A stretch of DNA of 64,000 nucleotides from Frankiaceae bacterium. GTDB lineage: Bacteria; Actinomycetota; Actinomycetes; Mycobacteriales; SCTD01. The notes under the pieces were generated by a model. That model had not been told where the DNA came from, made no database searches, and was given only the letters and a program-made list of their open reading frames with translations. Location of the stretch: NCBI GenBank assembly GCA_016650445.1, contig JAENVS010000017.1, positions 8,076-72,075 of the forward strand. The letters run 5' to 3'. Numbering within the stretch: the stretch's first letter is position 1; the number at the start of each line of letters is the position of its first letter. Positions 1 to 8,969 of the stretch are shown in pieces. A program made the position numbers and the translations under genes.

Positions 1-827
1 AGGACCGCGTCTTCGACACCCCGCTCGCGGAGTCCGGCATCGTCGGTACGGCGATCGGGCTCGCCATCCGTGGCTACCGGCCGGTGTGCGAGATCCAGTT
101 CGACGGCTTCGTGTTCCCGGCCTACGACCAGATCGTCAGCCAGCTCGCGAAGATGCACGCGCGCTCCAAAGGCACGCTGAAGATGCCTGTCGTCGTACGC
201 ATCCCGTTCGGCGGCGGCATCGGCGCCGTCGAGCACCACAGCGAGTCGCCAGAGGCGTACTTCGCGCACACTGCCGGCTTGAAGGTCGTCTCGTGCTCGA
301 ACCCGGTCGACGCCTACTTCATGATCCAGCAGGCCATCAAGAGCGACGACCCGATCATCTTCTTCGAGCCCAAGCGGCGCTACTGGGAGAAGGCCGAGGT
401 CGATACGTCGATGACGCCCGACTCGTTGTGGGGCGCGCGGGTGGTGCGTCCCGGCACCGACGTGACGCTGCTGGCGTACGGCCCGATGGTGAAGACCTGC
501 ATGGACGCCGCGACCGCCGCGGAGGAGGACGGCCGGTCCCTCGAGGTCGTTGACCTGCGGTCGATGTCGCCGCTCGACTACGCGACGGTCTTCGAGTCGG
601 TACGCCGTACCAAGAGACTCGTCGTCGTGCACGAGGCTCCGTCGTTCGTCGGTCTCGGCACCGAGATCGCGGCGCGCGTCAGCGAGGAGCTCTACTACGA
701 GATGGAGGCGCCGGTGCTACGCGTGACCGGCTTCGACACCCCGTACCCGCCGTCCCGTATCGAGGAGGAGTACCTCCCCGATCTCGACCGCGTCCTGCAC
801 GTCGTCGACCGCAGCCTTGCCTACTAA
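1..827 (+). CDS. 2-oxoacid (pyruvate/branched-chain) dehydrogenase E1 component beta subunit; 5' end lies outside the window
   Basis: The frame is open from nt 3 (DRVFDTPLAESGIVGTAIGLA...) and runs into listed ORF 84..827. CEIQFDGFVFPAYDQIV...IPFGGGIGAVEHHSESPEAYF is a typical E1-beta core. The E2 gene follows about 30 nt downstream. Confidence 0.9.
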   Translation, partial: DRVFDTPLAESGIVGTAIGLAIRGYRPVCEIQFDGFVFPAYDQIVSQLAKMHARSKGTLKMPVVVRIPFGGGIGAVEHHSESPEAYFAHTAGLKVVSCSNPVDAYFMIQQAIKSDDPIIFFEPKRRYWEKAEVDTSMTPDSLWGARVVRPGTDVTLLAYGPMVKTCMDAATAAEEDGRSLEVVDLRSMSPLDYATVFESVRRTKRLVVVHEAPSFVGLGTEIAARVSEELYYEMEAPVLRVTGFDTPYPPSRIEEEYLPDLDRVLHVVDRSLAY

Positions 828-857
828 GGGATGGGCCAAAAAGGAAGGGACAGCCTG

Positions 858-2342
858 ATGTCGCGCCTCAAGCAGTTCAAGCTGCCCGACCTCGGTGAGG
901 GGCTCACCGAGGGCGAGATCCTGCAGTGGATGGTCAAGGTCGGCGACGAGGTCAAGCTCAACCAGCCCATCGTCGAGGTCGAGACCGCCAAGGCCGCGGT
1001 GGAGGTGCCGTCGCCGTACGCCGGTGTCGTGCACGAGATCCATCACGAGGCAGGCGCGACCGTCGACGTCGGCTCGCCGATCATCACGTTCGACACCGAG
1101 CCCGGTGCGGGCCCGCTCGACCCGGTCGCTTCGGCGTCCGCGGTGAGCGAGCACCCCGAGATCGGCGACATGGTCCCGAAGCCGCCGGCGGGCGACGAGT
1201 CCGGGCCCCTGGGCGCCCTTATCGGAGAAGTCGGGCCGAGCGGCCGCACCGCGACGCTGGTCGGTTACGGGCCGAAGTCCGTCACCGCCAAGCGGCGGGC
1301 CCGCAGCGACAGCGGCCACGCGACGCCGGTCACCCCACCGGTGCCCGTCGCACCGCCGCCTCCGCCGGCGACTGCAGCGCGGGTGTCTGCAGCAGCCGTC
1401 GGGCAGTCTGCTGCGGCGTCGGCGGGCGCGGTCACCGTGCTCGCCAAGCCGCCGGTGCGCAAGCTCGCCAAGGACCTCGGCGTCGACCTGGCCGCGGTCG
1501 TCGCGACGGGTCCCAACGGCAGCATCACGCGTGGCGACGTCGAGAACGCCGCCTCGCAGCCGGCCGCTTACAGCGAGCCGGCCGCCGCCGCCCCGCTGCG
1601 GTCCGTGCCGGACTACGACCCGGCGACGCGCGAGCAGCGCATCCCGATCAAGGGGGTGAAGAAGATGATGGCCGCCGCGATGGTGGACAGCGCCTTCAGC
1701 GCTCCCCACGTCACCGAGTTCATCACCCTCGACATGACGCCGACGATGGAGCTGCGCACCAAGCTGCAGGGCCTGCCGGAGTTCGCCGGTGTGAAGGTGA
1801 CGCCGCTGCTCCTCGTGGCCAAGGCGTTGCTGCTCGCGGTGAAGCGCAACCCCGAGATCAACGCCACCTGGGACGAGGCGGCGCAGGAGATCGTCGTCAA
1901 GTCCTACGTCAACCTCGGCATCGCCGCAGCAACACCGCGCGGCCTGATCGTGCCCAACATCAAGGACGCCGAGCAGCTGAGTCTGCCCGAGCTCGCCGCG
2001 GCGCTGCAGCAGCTGACCGCCACCGCGCGCGAGGGCAAGACGCAGCCGGCCGACATGGCCCGCGGCACGATCACGATCACCAACGTCGGCGTCTTCGGGG
2101 TCGACACCGGCACCCCGATCATCAACCCGGGGGAGTCGGCGATCCTGTGCTTCGGTGCCGTGCGGCCGACACCATGGGTCGTGGACGCCATCGATGGGAG
2201 TCAGAGCATCGTGATCCGGCAGGTCACCCAGCTGGCGCTGTCGTTCGACCACCGCAACATCGACGGGCAGCTCGGGTCGCAATTCCTGTCGGACGTCGCC
2301 CGCGTGCTCTCCGACCCCGCGACCGCACTCGCCTGGACCTAG
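858..2342 (+). CDS. dihydrolipoamide acyltransferase (E2) of a 2-oxoacid dehydrogenase complex
   Basis: Lipoyl domain with VETAKAAVEVPSP (lipoyl-Lys), Ala/Pro-rich linkers, subunit-binding domain PPVRKLAKDLGVDL, and the catalytic motif DHRNIDG. The ORF opens at 831, but ATG 858 has GGAAGGGA about 8 nt upstream. Confidence 0.9.
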   Translation: MSRLKQFKLPDLGEGLTEGEILQWMVKVGDEVKLNQPIVEVETAKAAVEVPSPYAGVVHEIHHEAGATVDVGSPIITFDTEPGAGPLDPVASASAVSEHPEIGDMVPKPPAGDESGPLGALIGEVGPSGRTATLVGYGPKSVTAKRRARSDSGHATPVTPPVPVAPPPPPATAARVSAAAVGQSAAASAGAVTVLAKPPVRKLAKDLGVDLAAVVATGPNGSITRGDVENAASQPAAYSEPAAAAPLRSVPDYDPATREQRIPIKGVKKMMAAAMVDSAFSAPHVTEFITLDMTPTMELRTKLQGLPEFAGVKVTPLLLVAKALLLAVKRNPEINATWDEAAQEIVVKSYVNLGIAAATPRGLIVPNIKDAEQLSLPELAAALQQLTATAREGKTQPADMARGTITITNVGVFGVDTGTPIINPGESAILCFGAVRPTPWVVDAIDGSQSIVIRQVTQLALSFDHRNIDGQLGSQFLSDVARVLSDPATALAWT

Positions 2343-2357
2343 CGCCCGCGCGCGGAC

Positions 2358-3749
2358 CTAGGGCTGGCGGGCCGAGTAGATGTCGCGGAACAGGTTCTTG
2401 AACTGCACGCCGGTCGGGTTGGTCGTGACGACGCGCGTCCAGATGACGGCCAGCTTGCCGTCCGGCCCGAACGATGAGGTCAGGAAGTCGCCGGGCGCCT
2501 CCTCCTGCTCGGCCGGTGCGACGGGGGCCTTGTCGAGCAGCGTCAGAGTCGGGACCTGGCCCGGCTTCCACGTCGCGCCGTAGACCTTCCACGGTGACTT
2601 CGTGTCCGGTCGGTAGTAGACGCCGAGGCCGAGCTTCTTGCCGTCGGCCGCGACCGACAGCCAGCCGTACTGGTAGCGACCGGTCATCGCGGTGATGTCC
2701 TGCTCGGTCCACTTCTTTCCGCCGTCGACCGAGTGCATCAGCCGCAGCCGGTTCGACTTCGGCATGCCGGACCGCAGCTCGTCGGCATCGACGTACAGCG
2801 CCCAGATGGAGCCGTCCTTCGCGAACTCGACGGTCGGGTAGCTCGCGGTGTTGTCGGCGCCGTTGTAGGTGCCGGCGGCGTACCGCTTGAACGACCGCGC
2901 GTCGTCGTTGCTGACGTAGCTCCACAGCTTGCCGTTGTCGTTGCCGCAGAACACGACCACCCGCTGGCTGCCCTTCTTGTGCTCGGCAGCCGGGCGGCAC
3001 CAGCCGGAGTCGTTCAGGGTGTAGCCGATCGTCGAGAACGTCTGGCCGCCGTCGTACGACGGGTAGACGGTGTAGCGCCCGGCGCCGTTGGCGTCGCCGT
3101 CCCCGTTCTCGACCGGCGCCTGCGCCTTGGTCGACTGGTTGCCCAGGTAGAAGACCTTGCCGTCGCCGTGCGCCGTCACCCACGGACGGTCGTCCAGCGA
3201 GCCCGTGCCCATCGCGGGACGGGTGAAGTCGATCGCGACCTTGCCCCGGCCGGTCGCGGTGTACCGCGTGATCGTGTTGTCGCCGAGGTAGGTGTCGATG
3301 AAGTAGGTGTGACCGGCGTCGTCGACCGCCATGTCGCCCTCGTCGCCGACCTGCCGGTTCTCCGCATCGCCCGGCAGCCCTGGCAGGTTCTTCCAGGACT
3401 TGCCGTTGTCCGTCGACAGCCAGGCCCAGCTCATCGAGCGGGTCTGCGTGACCGAGCGGCTGTCGGGGGAGATCGCCAGCTCGGCGTTCTCCTTGTGCGC
3501 GGTCGCGTAGAGGTTGCCGAACCGGTCGGTCACGATGGTCGGCTCGTAACCGCCACCCAGCTCGGGCGTGACCTTGACCGGCGTACCGAAGGGGGTCGCC
3601 GCGGCGCGCTGGTTGCCGGCTGCGCTGGGCAGTGCGAGCGCGGTGAGCGCGAGAACGCCGGCAGCGGCGAGGGCCGAGCGGGTGGCGGTGGTACGGCGCA
3701 CGGAGATCTCCTGGGTTCGGGTGACTGCGGACAGGATTTCGACGGCCAT
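2358..3749 (-). CDS. secreted BNR/Asp-box repeat beta-propeller protein (sialidase-like fold, function unknown)
   Basis: 463-aa ORF with a signal-like N-terminus (RRTTATRSALAAAGVLALTALALPSAAG). Asp-box motifs: STDNGKSW, SYDGGQTF, SNDDARSF, SVDGGKKW. Confidence 0.75.
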   Translation of the reverse strand: MAVEILSAVTRTQEISVRRTTATRSALAAAGVLALTALALPSAAGNQRAAATPFGTPVKVTPELGGGYEPTIVTDRFGNLYATAHKENAELAISPDSRSVTQTRSMSWAWLSTDNGKSWKNLPGLPGDAENRQVGDEGDMAVDDAGHTYFIDTYLGDNTITRYTATGRGKVAIDFTRPAMGTGSLDDRPWVTAHGDGKVFYLGNQSTKAQAPVENGDGDANGAGRYTVYPSYDGGQTFSTIGYTLNDSGWCRPAAEHKKGSQRVVVFCGNDNGKLWSYVSNDDARSFKRYAAGTYNGADNTASYPTVEFAKDGSIWALYVDADELRSGMPKSNRLRLMHSVDGGKKWTEQDITAMTGRYQYGWLSVAADGKKLGLGVYYRPDTKSPWKVYGATWKPGQVPTLTLLDKAPVAPAEQEEAPGDFLTSSFGPDGKLAVIWTRVVTTNPTGVQFKNLFRDIYSARQP

Positions 3750-3848
3750 CGCGTGATTCCTGCGTCAGCGCAGGCCGGGGGCGCAGGACATCGAGCGGCG
3801 GCGTCGAAGCCAAGGGGTATCCCGCCCCTTCGCTCGTGAGGTGCTTTC

Positions 3849-5336
3849 GTGCGCTCTGGTCCCGGTTCGCTCCGCCTGCTGCTCGCCGGCTCGCTGCTGG
3901 CAGCCGCCGGCCTGACGGCTGCGCTGAGCTCGGCCTCCGCCGGCGGGCGCGGCCCGGCCGCCGTGACGGGCGGCCTCCAGCAGGCCTACAAGGCGTCGTA
4001 CTACCGCGCGGGTGCGGCTGAGCTCGAGGCAGCCAACCGGCCGATCCGCGACACCGACCCGCTGGTGGTCTCGGCGACCCGGGTCGGGCACAAGGCGCTC
4101 GAGCCGACCATGGGAGTGACGAAGCAGGGCAACGCGTTCATGGTCGCCGCCGACTTCGACACCCCGGGCGGTCAGCTCGCGAGTACGACCATCATGGCGT
4201 CGTACGACGGCAACAAGACCTGGAAGGACGTCACACCCCGGGTCGGGGGAAGCGTGACGATCCCGCCGACGACGCTCGACCCCTACATCTACGTCGACCA
4301 GACGACGGGTCGTATCTACAGCGACGACCTCATCGTCGGCTGCTCGGTGCTGCAGTGGTCCGACGACCAGGGCAAGACGTGGAGCCGCGGCAACCCGGCC
4401 GCATGTGACGCACCCGTCGACGACCACCAGACGATCGTGACCGGCAAGCCTCGCGGGGGCCTGCCGACAGTCGGCTACCCGAACTACCTCTACTACTGCG
4501 TGAACAAGGTCGCCGACGTGCAGTGCGCCCGCAGCCTCGACGGCGGCACCACCTTCGGACCGAGCGGCGCACCCGCCTTCGCAGGGGTCCAGACCGAGCC
4601 GCAGGACGGGTCGGGCAGTGACGCCGGCGACGTGTGCGGGAGCCTGCACGGCCACATCGTCACCGACCCCGCCGGCCGGCTGTTCCTGCCCAAGGGGCAC
4701 TGCGGGAACCCGTGGTTGGCCGTGTCCGAGGACGGCGGTCAGACCTGGACGCGCACGCTCGTGAACCGGATGGGCGCGGCGGGCATCCAGACCTCAGTCG
4801 CGAGCGACACCGCCGGCAACCTCTACTACATGTGGTGGGGCGCGAAGAACTTCCTGCCGTACATGGCTGTCTCGCGCGACCACGGCAAGACCTTCGGCCC
4901 TGCGCTGCTCGTCGCGCCGCCGGGGGTGAAGGCCGTGAACTTCCCGACGATCGACGCCGGCAGCCCCGGTCACGTGGCCATCACGTTCCCTGGCACGACC
5001 GATGAGGACCGTTCGACGGCCCGCCCGTGGAACTACTACATGGCGGTCAGCACCAACGCGCTCGCCCCACTGCCGACCTTCCACTCCGCGACGGCCAACA
5101 AGGTCTCGGACCCGATCCACCGCGGCGCGTGCAACAGCCGGTGCGGCAACATGTTCGACTTCCTCGACGTCGTGCTGGCTCCGTCGGGTGCGGCCTGGGG
5201 CGTCGCCGTCGACACGTGCACCAGCGTCAAATGCGTGCGCGCAGAGGGCCCCAAGCTCAAGTCGGACGAGACGCCGTCGGACGCGCAGGGCATCGTCGTC
5301 CGGCAGCTCGCCGGTCCGGGCGCCCGGAAGCGCTGA
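3849..5336 (+). CDS. secreted BNR/Asp-box repeat beta-propeller protein, paralog of 2358..3749
   Basis: 495-aa ORF with a GTG start and signal peptide LLLAGSLLAAAGLTAALSSASA. Asp-boxes: SYDGNKTW, SDDQGKTW, SLDGGTTF, SEDGGQTW, SRDHGKTF. It shares LEPT..GN..-type N-terminal blocks with the divergent neighbour. Confidence 0.75.
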   Translation: MRSGPGSLRLLLAGSLLAAAGLTAALSSASAGGRGPAAVTGGLQQAYKASYYRAGAAELEAANRPIRDTDPLVVSATRVGHKALEPTMGVTKQGNAFMVAADFDTPGGQLASTTIMASYDGNKTWKDVTPRVGGSVTIPPTTLDPYIYVDQTTGRIYSDDLIVGCSVLQWSDDQGKTWSRGNPAACDAPVDDHQTIVTGKPRGGLPTVGYPNYLYYCVNKVADVQCARSLDGGTTFGPSGAPAFAGVQTEPQDGSGSDAGDVCGSLHGHIVTDPAGRLFLPKGHCGNPWLAVSEDGGQTWTRTLVNRMGAAGIQTSVASDTAGNLYYMWWGAKNFLPYMAVSRDHGKTFGPALLVAPPGVKAVNFPTIDAGSPGHVAITFPGTTDEDRSTARPWNYYMAVSTNALAPLPTFHSATANKVSDPIHRGACNSRCGNMFDFLDVVLAPSGAAWGVAVDTCTSVKCVRAEGPKLKSDETPSDAQGIVVRQLAGPGARKR

Positions 5337-5374
5337 CCGGCAGGGCCTGACCGGCAGGGCCTGACCGGCAGGGG
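5333..5374. repeat. three tandem copies of the 14-mer CTGACCGGCAGGGC (third copy ends GGGG)
   Basis: Direct reading gives copies at 5333-5346, 5347-5360 and 5361-5374. The first copy contains the stop codon of the upstream CDS. Confidence 0.9.
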
Positions 5375-5442
5375 CTGAGCCCGAACAGGCCGCAGGCCCG
5401 ACCCCCCGAAGGGAGCCGGGTCTGCGAAGGGGCCTGAAAGGC

Positions 5443-5670
5443 CTAGGAGACGTCGCGCTCGCGCGTGACGACCCGGTCCTCGACGACGCCGCCACCGACG
5501 CGGTCACGGCGGCCGAACACGAGCATCGTGAAAGCCAGGCCAACGGCGCCGGCGAGCATGAGGATCACGCCGATCATGTTGATGTTCACGATGTCGACGC
5601 TTTCCCTGTCGATCGCGAACGTAAGGATCGCGCCGAGCGCGAGCAGGAAGACGCTTGCGCCGATGCCCAT
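5443..5670 (-). CDS. small two-TM membrane protein (resembles actinobacterial DUF6458-type proteins)
   Basis: 75-aa ORF MGIGASVFLLALGAILTFAI...MIGVILMLAGAVGLAFTMLVF followed by a charged tail. The family name is from memory only. Confidence 0.6.
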   Translation of the reverse strand: MGIGASVFLLALGAILTFAIDRESVDIVNINMIGVILMLAGAVGLAFTMLVFGRRDRVGGGVVEDRVVTRERDVS

Positions 5671-5850
5671 GGTGGTTCCTCCGTTGCCGTTGCGCGACCC
5701 GTTGTCGCGCTCGATAGGGATCTACCCTCCGTGACGCTCTCGACACGCGCCCATCCGGGTGAGGCTCGGAATCTGCGATGAACCGCTCACCTCCCTCCTT
5801 GCGACAGAGGGACAGCGAGGCGCTCACGCCATAGCCTCGCGCGGTCAGAG

Positions 5851-6405
5851 ATGAGGCGCCGCATGGCACCCGAGGCTCCGGTAGCGGACGACGACGCGGC
5901 TTTGCTGCGCGCCGTTGCTGCTGGTGACCGACGTGCGCTGACGGCCCTCTACGCCGCCCACGCTCCCTGGTTGATGCTTCGGCTCTCGCGACGGTGCAAC
6001 GACCCTGGTCTGGTCGATGAGGTCGTGCAGGACACCTTTGTCGCGGTTTGGCGCGGTGCCGCGAAGTGGGACGGTCGCGGGCAGGTCCCGGCGTGGATCT
6101 GGGGGATCGGGATCCGGCGGCTCGTCGACGGGCTGCGCCGCCGTCCGGTTGCCACCCTCGCGCTGCTCGACGACCACGCCGGCGTGCTGGCCTCGGCGGA
6201 GGAGCAAGTGCTGCTCGGCGTCGAGCACGGCGACCTCGCCGGGGCGCTCGGACGTCTCTCGCCCGAGCTTCGCGCGGTGGTGCAGGCGACGGTGCTCGAC
6301 GGCCTGACGACGCGGGAAGCGGGTCGTCTCCTGCACATTCCGGCCGGCACTGTGAAGACCCGGATGATGCGGGCGCGGATCGCGCTGCGAGCGGAGCTGA
6401 CATGA
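5851..6405 (+). CDS. ECF-type RNA polymerase sigma-70 family factor
   Basis: 184 aa. Region 2 is DEVVQDTFVAVWRGAAKW. Region 4 HTH is LDGLTTREAGRLLHIPAGTVKTRMMRARIALR. Confidence 0.85.
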   Translation: MRRRMAPEAPVADDDAALLRAVAAGDRRALTALYAAHAPWLMLRLSRRCNDPGLVDEVVQDTFVAVWRGAAKWDGRGQVPAWIWGIGIRRLVDGLRRRPVATLALLDDHAGVLASAEEQVLLGVEHGDLAGALGRLSPELRAVVQATVLDGLTTREAGRLLHIPAGTVKTRMMRARIALRAELT

Positions 6406-7232
6406 CCCACGCCACCAGGTGGCACCCGGCTCAGCAGGAGCTGCAGTCGTACGCCGACGCGGCGTGCGGTGCCCTGGTTGCGGCGTCTGTGGAGCAGCAC
6501 CTGCTGACCTGCACGACGTGCCGCGCGCACGTCGCGCTGGGGGTGCAACGCGATCGCCTCGAGACCGTCGCGCAGCTCCTGGACGACCGACTGGACCACC
6601 TGGAGCGGCCATGGGCGGAACGCCTGCTGCGTCGGCTGGGGGTGGCGGAGGTGGATGCGCGCGTGCTGCTCTCGGCGCCGAGCGTGCGGATCGCGTGGGG
6701 AGTCGCCGTTGCCGCAGCAGCGCTCCTCGCGTTGCTCGTGGCCGGCCAGGACGCCGACGGCCGCACCGTGTTCCTGCTGCTCGCGCCGTTGCTGCCGGCG
6801 GGCGCGACGGCGGTGGCCTACGCGCCCCAGCTCGACCCGGCGCTCGCCATCGTCTCCGCCTCGCCATACCGGGCCTCGCGCCTTGTGCTCATCCGAAGCC
6901 TCGCCGTGGGTATCACCGCCGCGATCTCTGTGGGCCTCGCGTCGTTCGTCGTACCAGGGTGGGGGTCTGCCGCTGCCGCCTGGCTGCTGCCGGCCCTGGC
7001 CCTGACGCTCGCCGTTCTTGCGCTGTCGCCATGGCTCGGGACCGGGAACGCCGCGGCACTGGTCGGCGGGGCGTGGTCCGTGCTCGTGCTCGGGCTCGAG
7101 CGCAGCGGGTCCGACCCGCTGCTGACGTACTCGGCCTCAGGACAGCTGATCAGTGCTGCCGTCGCCGCGCTCGCACTGGCCGCGGTGGTCGGCAGATGGC
7201 AACGACTCGACGACGGGGGATGGCCGAGATGA
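6402..7232 (+). CDS. anti-sigma factor with zf-HC2 motif and a polytopic membrane domain
   Basis: ATG 6402 overlaps the sigma stop (ATGA). The N-terminus carries H-x3-C-x2-C (EQHLLTCTTCRAH). The C-terminal about 190 aa form several hydrophobic helices. The listed ORF 6048..7232 extends upstream inside the sigma gene. Confidence 0.7.
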   Translation: MTHATRWHPAQQELQSYADAACGALVAASVEQHLLTCTTCRAHVALGVQRDRLETVAQLLDDRLDHLERPWAERLLRRLGVAEVDARVLLSAPSVRIAWGVAVAAAALLALLVAGQDADGRTVFLLLAPLLPAGATAVAYAPQLDPALAIVSASPYRASRLVLIRSLAVGITAAISVGLASFVVPGWGSAAAAWLLPALALTLAVLALSPWLGTGNAAALVGGAWSVLVLGLERSGSDPLLTYSASGQLISAAVAALALAAVVGRWQRLDDGGWPR

Positions 7233-8095
7233 CAGTGCACATCGAGCAGCTGCACAAAAGGTTCGGTCGTACGACGGCGCTGGACCGCCTCTCGCTCGAG
7301 CTGCAACCGGGTGTCACGGGACTGCTCGGGCCGAACGGTGCCGGGAAGACGACGCTGCTGCGCATCCTCGCGACGGTGCTTGCCCCGGACGGGGGTTCCG
7401 TCCGTGCGCTGGGGCTTGACCCCTCACAGCCGGCGGAGCGCCAGGAGCTGAGGCGGCGCCTCGGCTACCTGCCGCAGGACGTCGGGGCCTACTCCGGGTT
7501 CGCTGTCCGTGAGTTCATCGACTACATCGCCATCCTGAAGGAGCACACCGACCGACGGGCCAGGCGCGCCGAGGTCGACCGCGTTCTCGAGCTCGTCGAC
7601 CTGACGGACAAGGCCTACGACCGCATCCGCACCATCTCCGGAGGGATGCGCCGGCGCCTCGGTCTGGCCCAGGCCCTGCTCGGCTCCCCGGACCTGCTCG
7701 TCCTGGACGAGCCCGCCGTCGGTCTCGACCCGCAGCAGCGCCTTCGGTTCCGGGAGCTCGTCTCGACCGCCGGCCCCGGCCGGTTCGTCGTGCTCTCCAC
7801 GCACCAGACCGAGGACGTCGCCGCGCTCTGCCGCGACGTGGTCGTCATCGACGCCGGCCGCGTCCTGTTCACGGGCACGCCGGCAGAGCTGGCCGCGTCT
7901 GCAGACGGTCGGGTATGGCGGTCGGACAGCCGTGATCCGGGAGCGACCCTGGCGTGGGTCTCCGGTGACGGCAGCACGCGGCAGATCGGCCGGCCGCCGG
8001 CGGGCGCAGAGCTGGTGCCTCCGACCGTGGAGGACGCCTACCTCGTGCTCGTGGGTGCGAAGGCGCTCACGACCGACGTCTCGGTAGCGGTGTAG
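7229..8095 (+). CDS. ABC transporter ATP-binding protein
   Basis: Walker A GPNGAGKTT, signature ISGGMRRRLGLA, Walker B LLVLDEP. ATG 7229 overlaps the anti-sigma stop (ATGA); ATG 7220 is an alternative start. The long listed ORF 6419..8095 is an upstream read-through of the frame. Confidence 0.9.
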   Translation: MTVHIEQLHKRFGRTTALDRLSLELQPGVTGLLGPNGAGKTTLLRILATVLAPDGGSVRALGLDPSQPAERQELRRRLGYLPQDVGAYSGFAVREFIDYIAILKEHTDRRARRAEVDRVLELVDLTDKAYDRIRTISGGMRRRLGLAQALLGSPDLLVLDEPAVGLDPQQRLRFRELVSTAGPGRFVVLSTHQTEDVAALCRDVVVIDAGRVLFTGTPAELAASADGRVWRSDSRDPGATLAWVSGDGSTRQIGRPPAGAELVPPTVEDAYLVLVGAKALTTDVSVAV

Positions 8096-8099
8096 TTCC

Positions 8100-8969
8100 G
8101 TGGAGATCCTGCTGATCGTCGGGCTGCTGATGCTCGAACGCCTGCGCGTCGACCTCCCCGTGCGGCGCTGGTGCGCACGGGTCCTCCCGCGACCGACGTT
8201 CGGGCCGGCTTGGGCGGTACCCGTGCCGGTCGCGCTGGCAGGCTTCGACGTACGCCGTCTTGTTCCGCGCGTCCTCACCCTGCTGGTGGCGCTGGTGATG
8301 CTCCGGGCCGTTTCGGCCGGCCGGCCACCGGAGGCCTACAACGGCGTCAACCAGACCATCGGCTTCTACTGGGCGATGACCGGACTGTTCGTGCTGGTCC
8401 TCGTTGCGACCGTCGGCGGACGGGATCGGGAGCAGGAGGCGCTGGCAGCGCTCCCGGTCGGCCCGCGGTCGCGGGTCAGGGGCGTTGCGCTCACCGTGTT
8501 GCTCGCCTCGCTTGTGGTCTACGTCCTCGCTGCCCTGCGGTGGCTCAAGGTGCAGGGCGGCAGCTACGACGCGTTGCTGCCGAACGGCTGGGAGCTGGCA
8601 CAGCCGGCCCTGATGGTCCTCGGCGGAGGCATGCTCGGCCTGCTGGTTGCACGTCTGCTGCCGGTCTGGGCTGCCGTCCCCGTCGCGGCGATCGGCGCGA
8701 TCTTCTGGACCGGCGCCGTCGGCGCGACGCGGGACTGGGTCATGCTTGCGCCGGTCTACGAGTGGGTGAAGTACGACGAGCGCAACCCGGCAGCTGCGGT
8801 GCTGCACCCCGGGAGCTTCGGCTGGCACAACGCGTTCCTGCTGGGGCTGTGCGGCCTCGGCCTTCTCGCCGCGCTGCTGCGTGAGCACGGACCACGACGA
8901 GGATTGGTCTTCACCGGGGTCGGCCTCACCACTGCGACCGTCGCTGCTGCGCTGCTCGCGCTGCCGTGA
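8100..8969 (+). CDS. polytopic membrane protein, probable permease partner of the ABC ATPase
   Basis: 289-aa ORF with a GTG start 4 nt after the ATPase stop. It has about 8 hydrophobic segments and no recognisable motif. Confidence 0.55.
   Translation: MEILLIVGLLMLERLRVDLPVRRWCARVLPRPTFGPAWAVPVPVALAGFDVRRLVPRVLTLLVALVMLRAVSAGRPPEAYNGVNQTIGFYWAMTGLFVLVLVATVGGRDREQEALAALPVGPRSRVRGVALTVLLASLVVYVLAALRWLKVQGGSYDALLPNGWELAQPALMVLGGGMLGLLVARLLPVWAAVPVAAIGAIFWTGAVGATRDWVMLAPVYEWVKYDERNPAAAVLHPGSFGWHNAFLLGLCGLGLLAALLREHGPRRGLVFTGVGLTTATVAAALLALP

Noticed and set aside
717-2282. 521-aa minus-strand ORF antisense to the E1-beta/E2 genes
   Set aside because: It is an Arg/Gly/Asp/His-rich translation with no motifs. 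It is fully antisense to genes with unmistakable 2-oxoacid dehydrogenase motifs. Long antisense ORFs are expected in DNA this GC-rich.
2358-5336. Calling the BNR proteins exo-alpha-sialidases
   Set aside because: Asp-boxes are present, but I found no FRIP-type motif and cannot verify the catalytic Arg triad or Tyr/Glu pair by eye. Asp-boxes occur in many non-sialidase propellers.
6419-7228. N-terminal 270 aa of the listed 558-aa ORF that ends as the ABC ATPase
   Set aside because: The upstream part is an Arg/Ala/Gly-rich read-through overlapping the anti-sigma gene in another frame. The ATPase domain begins at MTVHIEQLHKRFG, and its ATG overlaps the anti-sigma stop.
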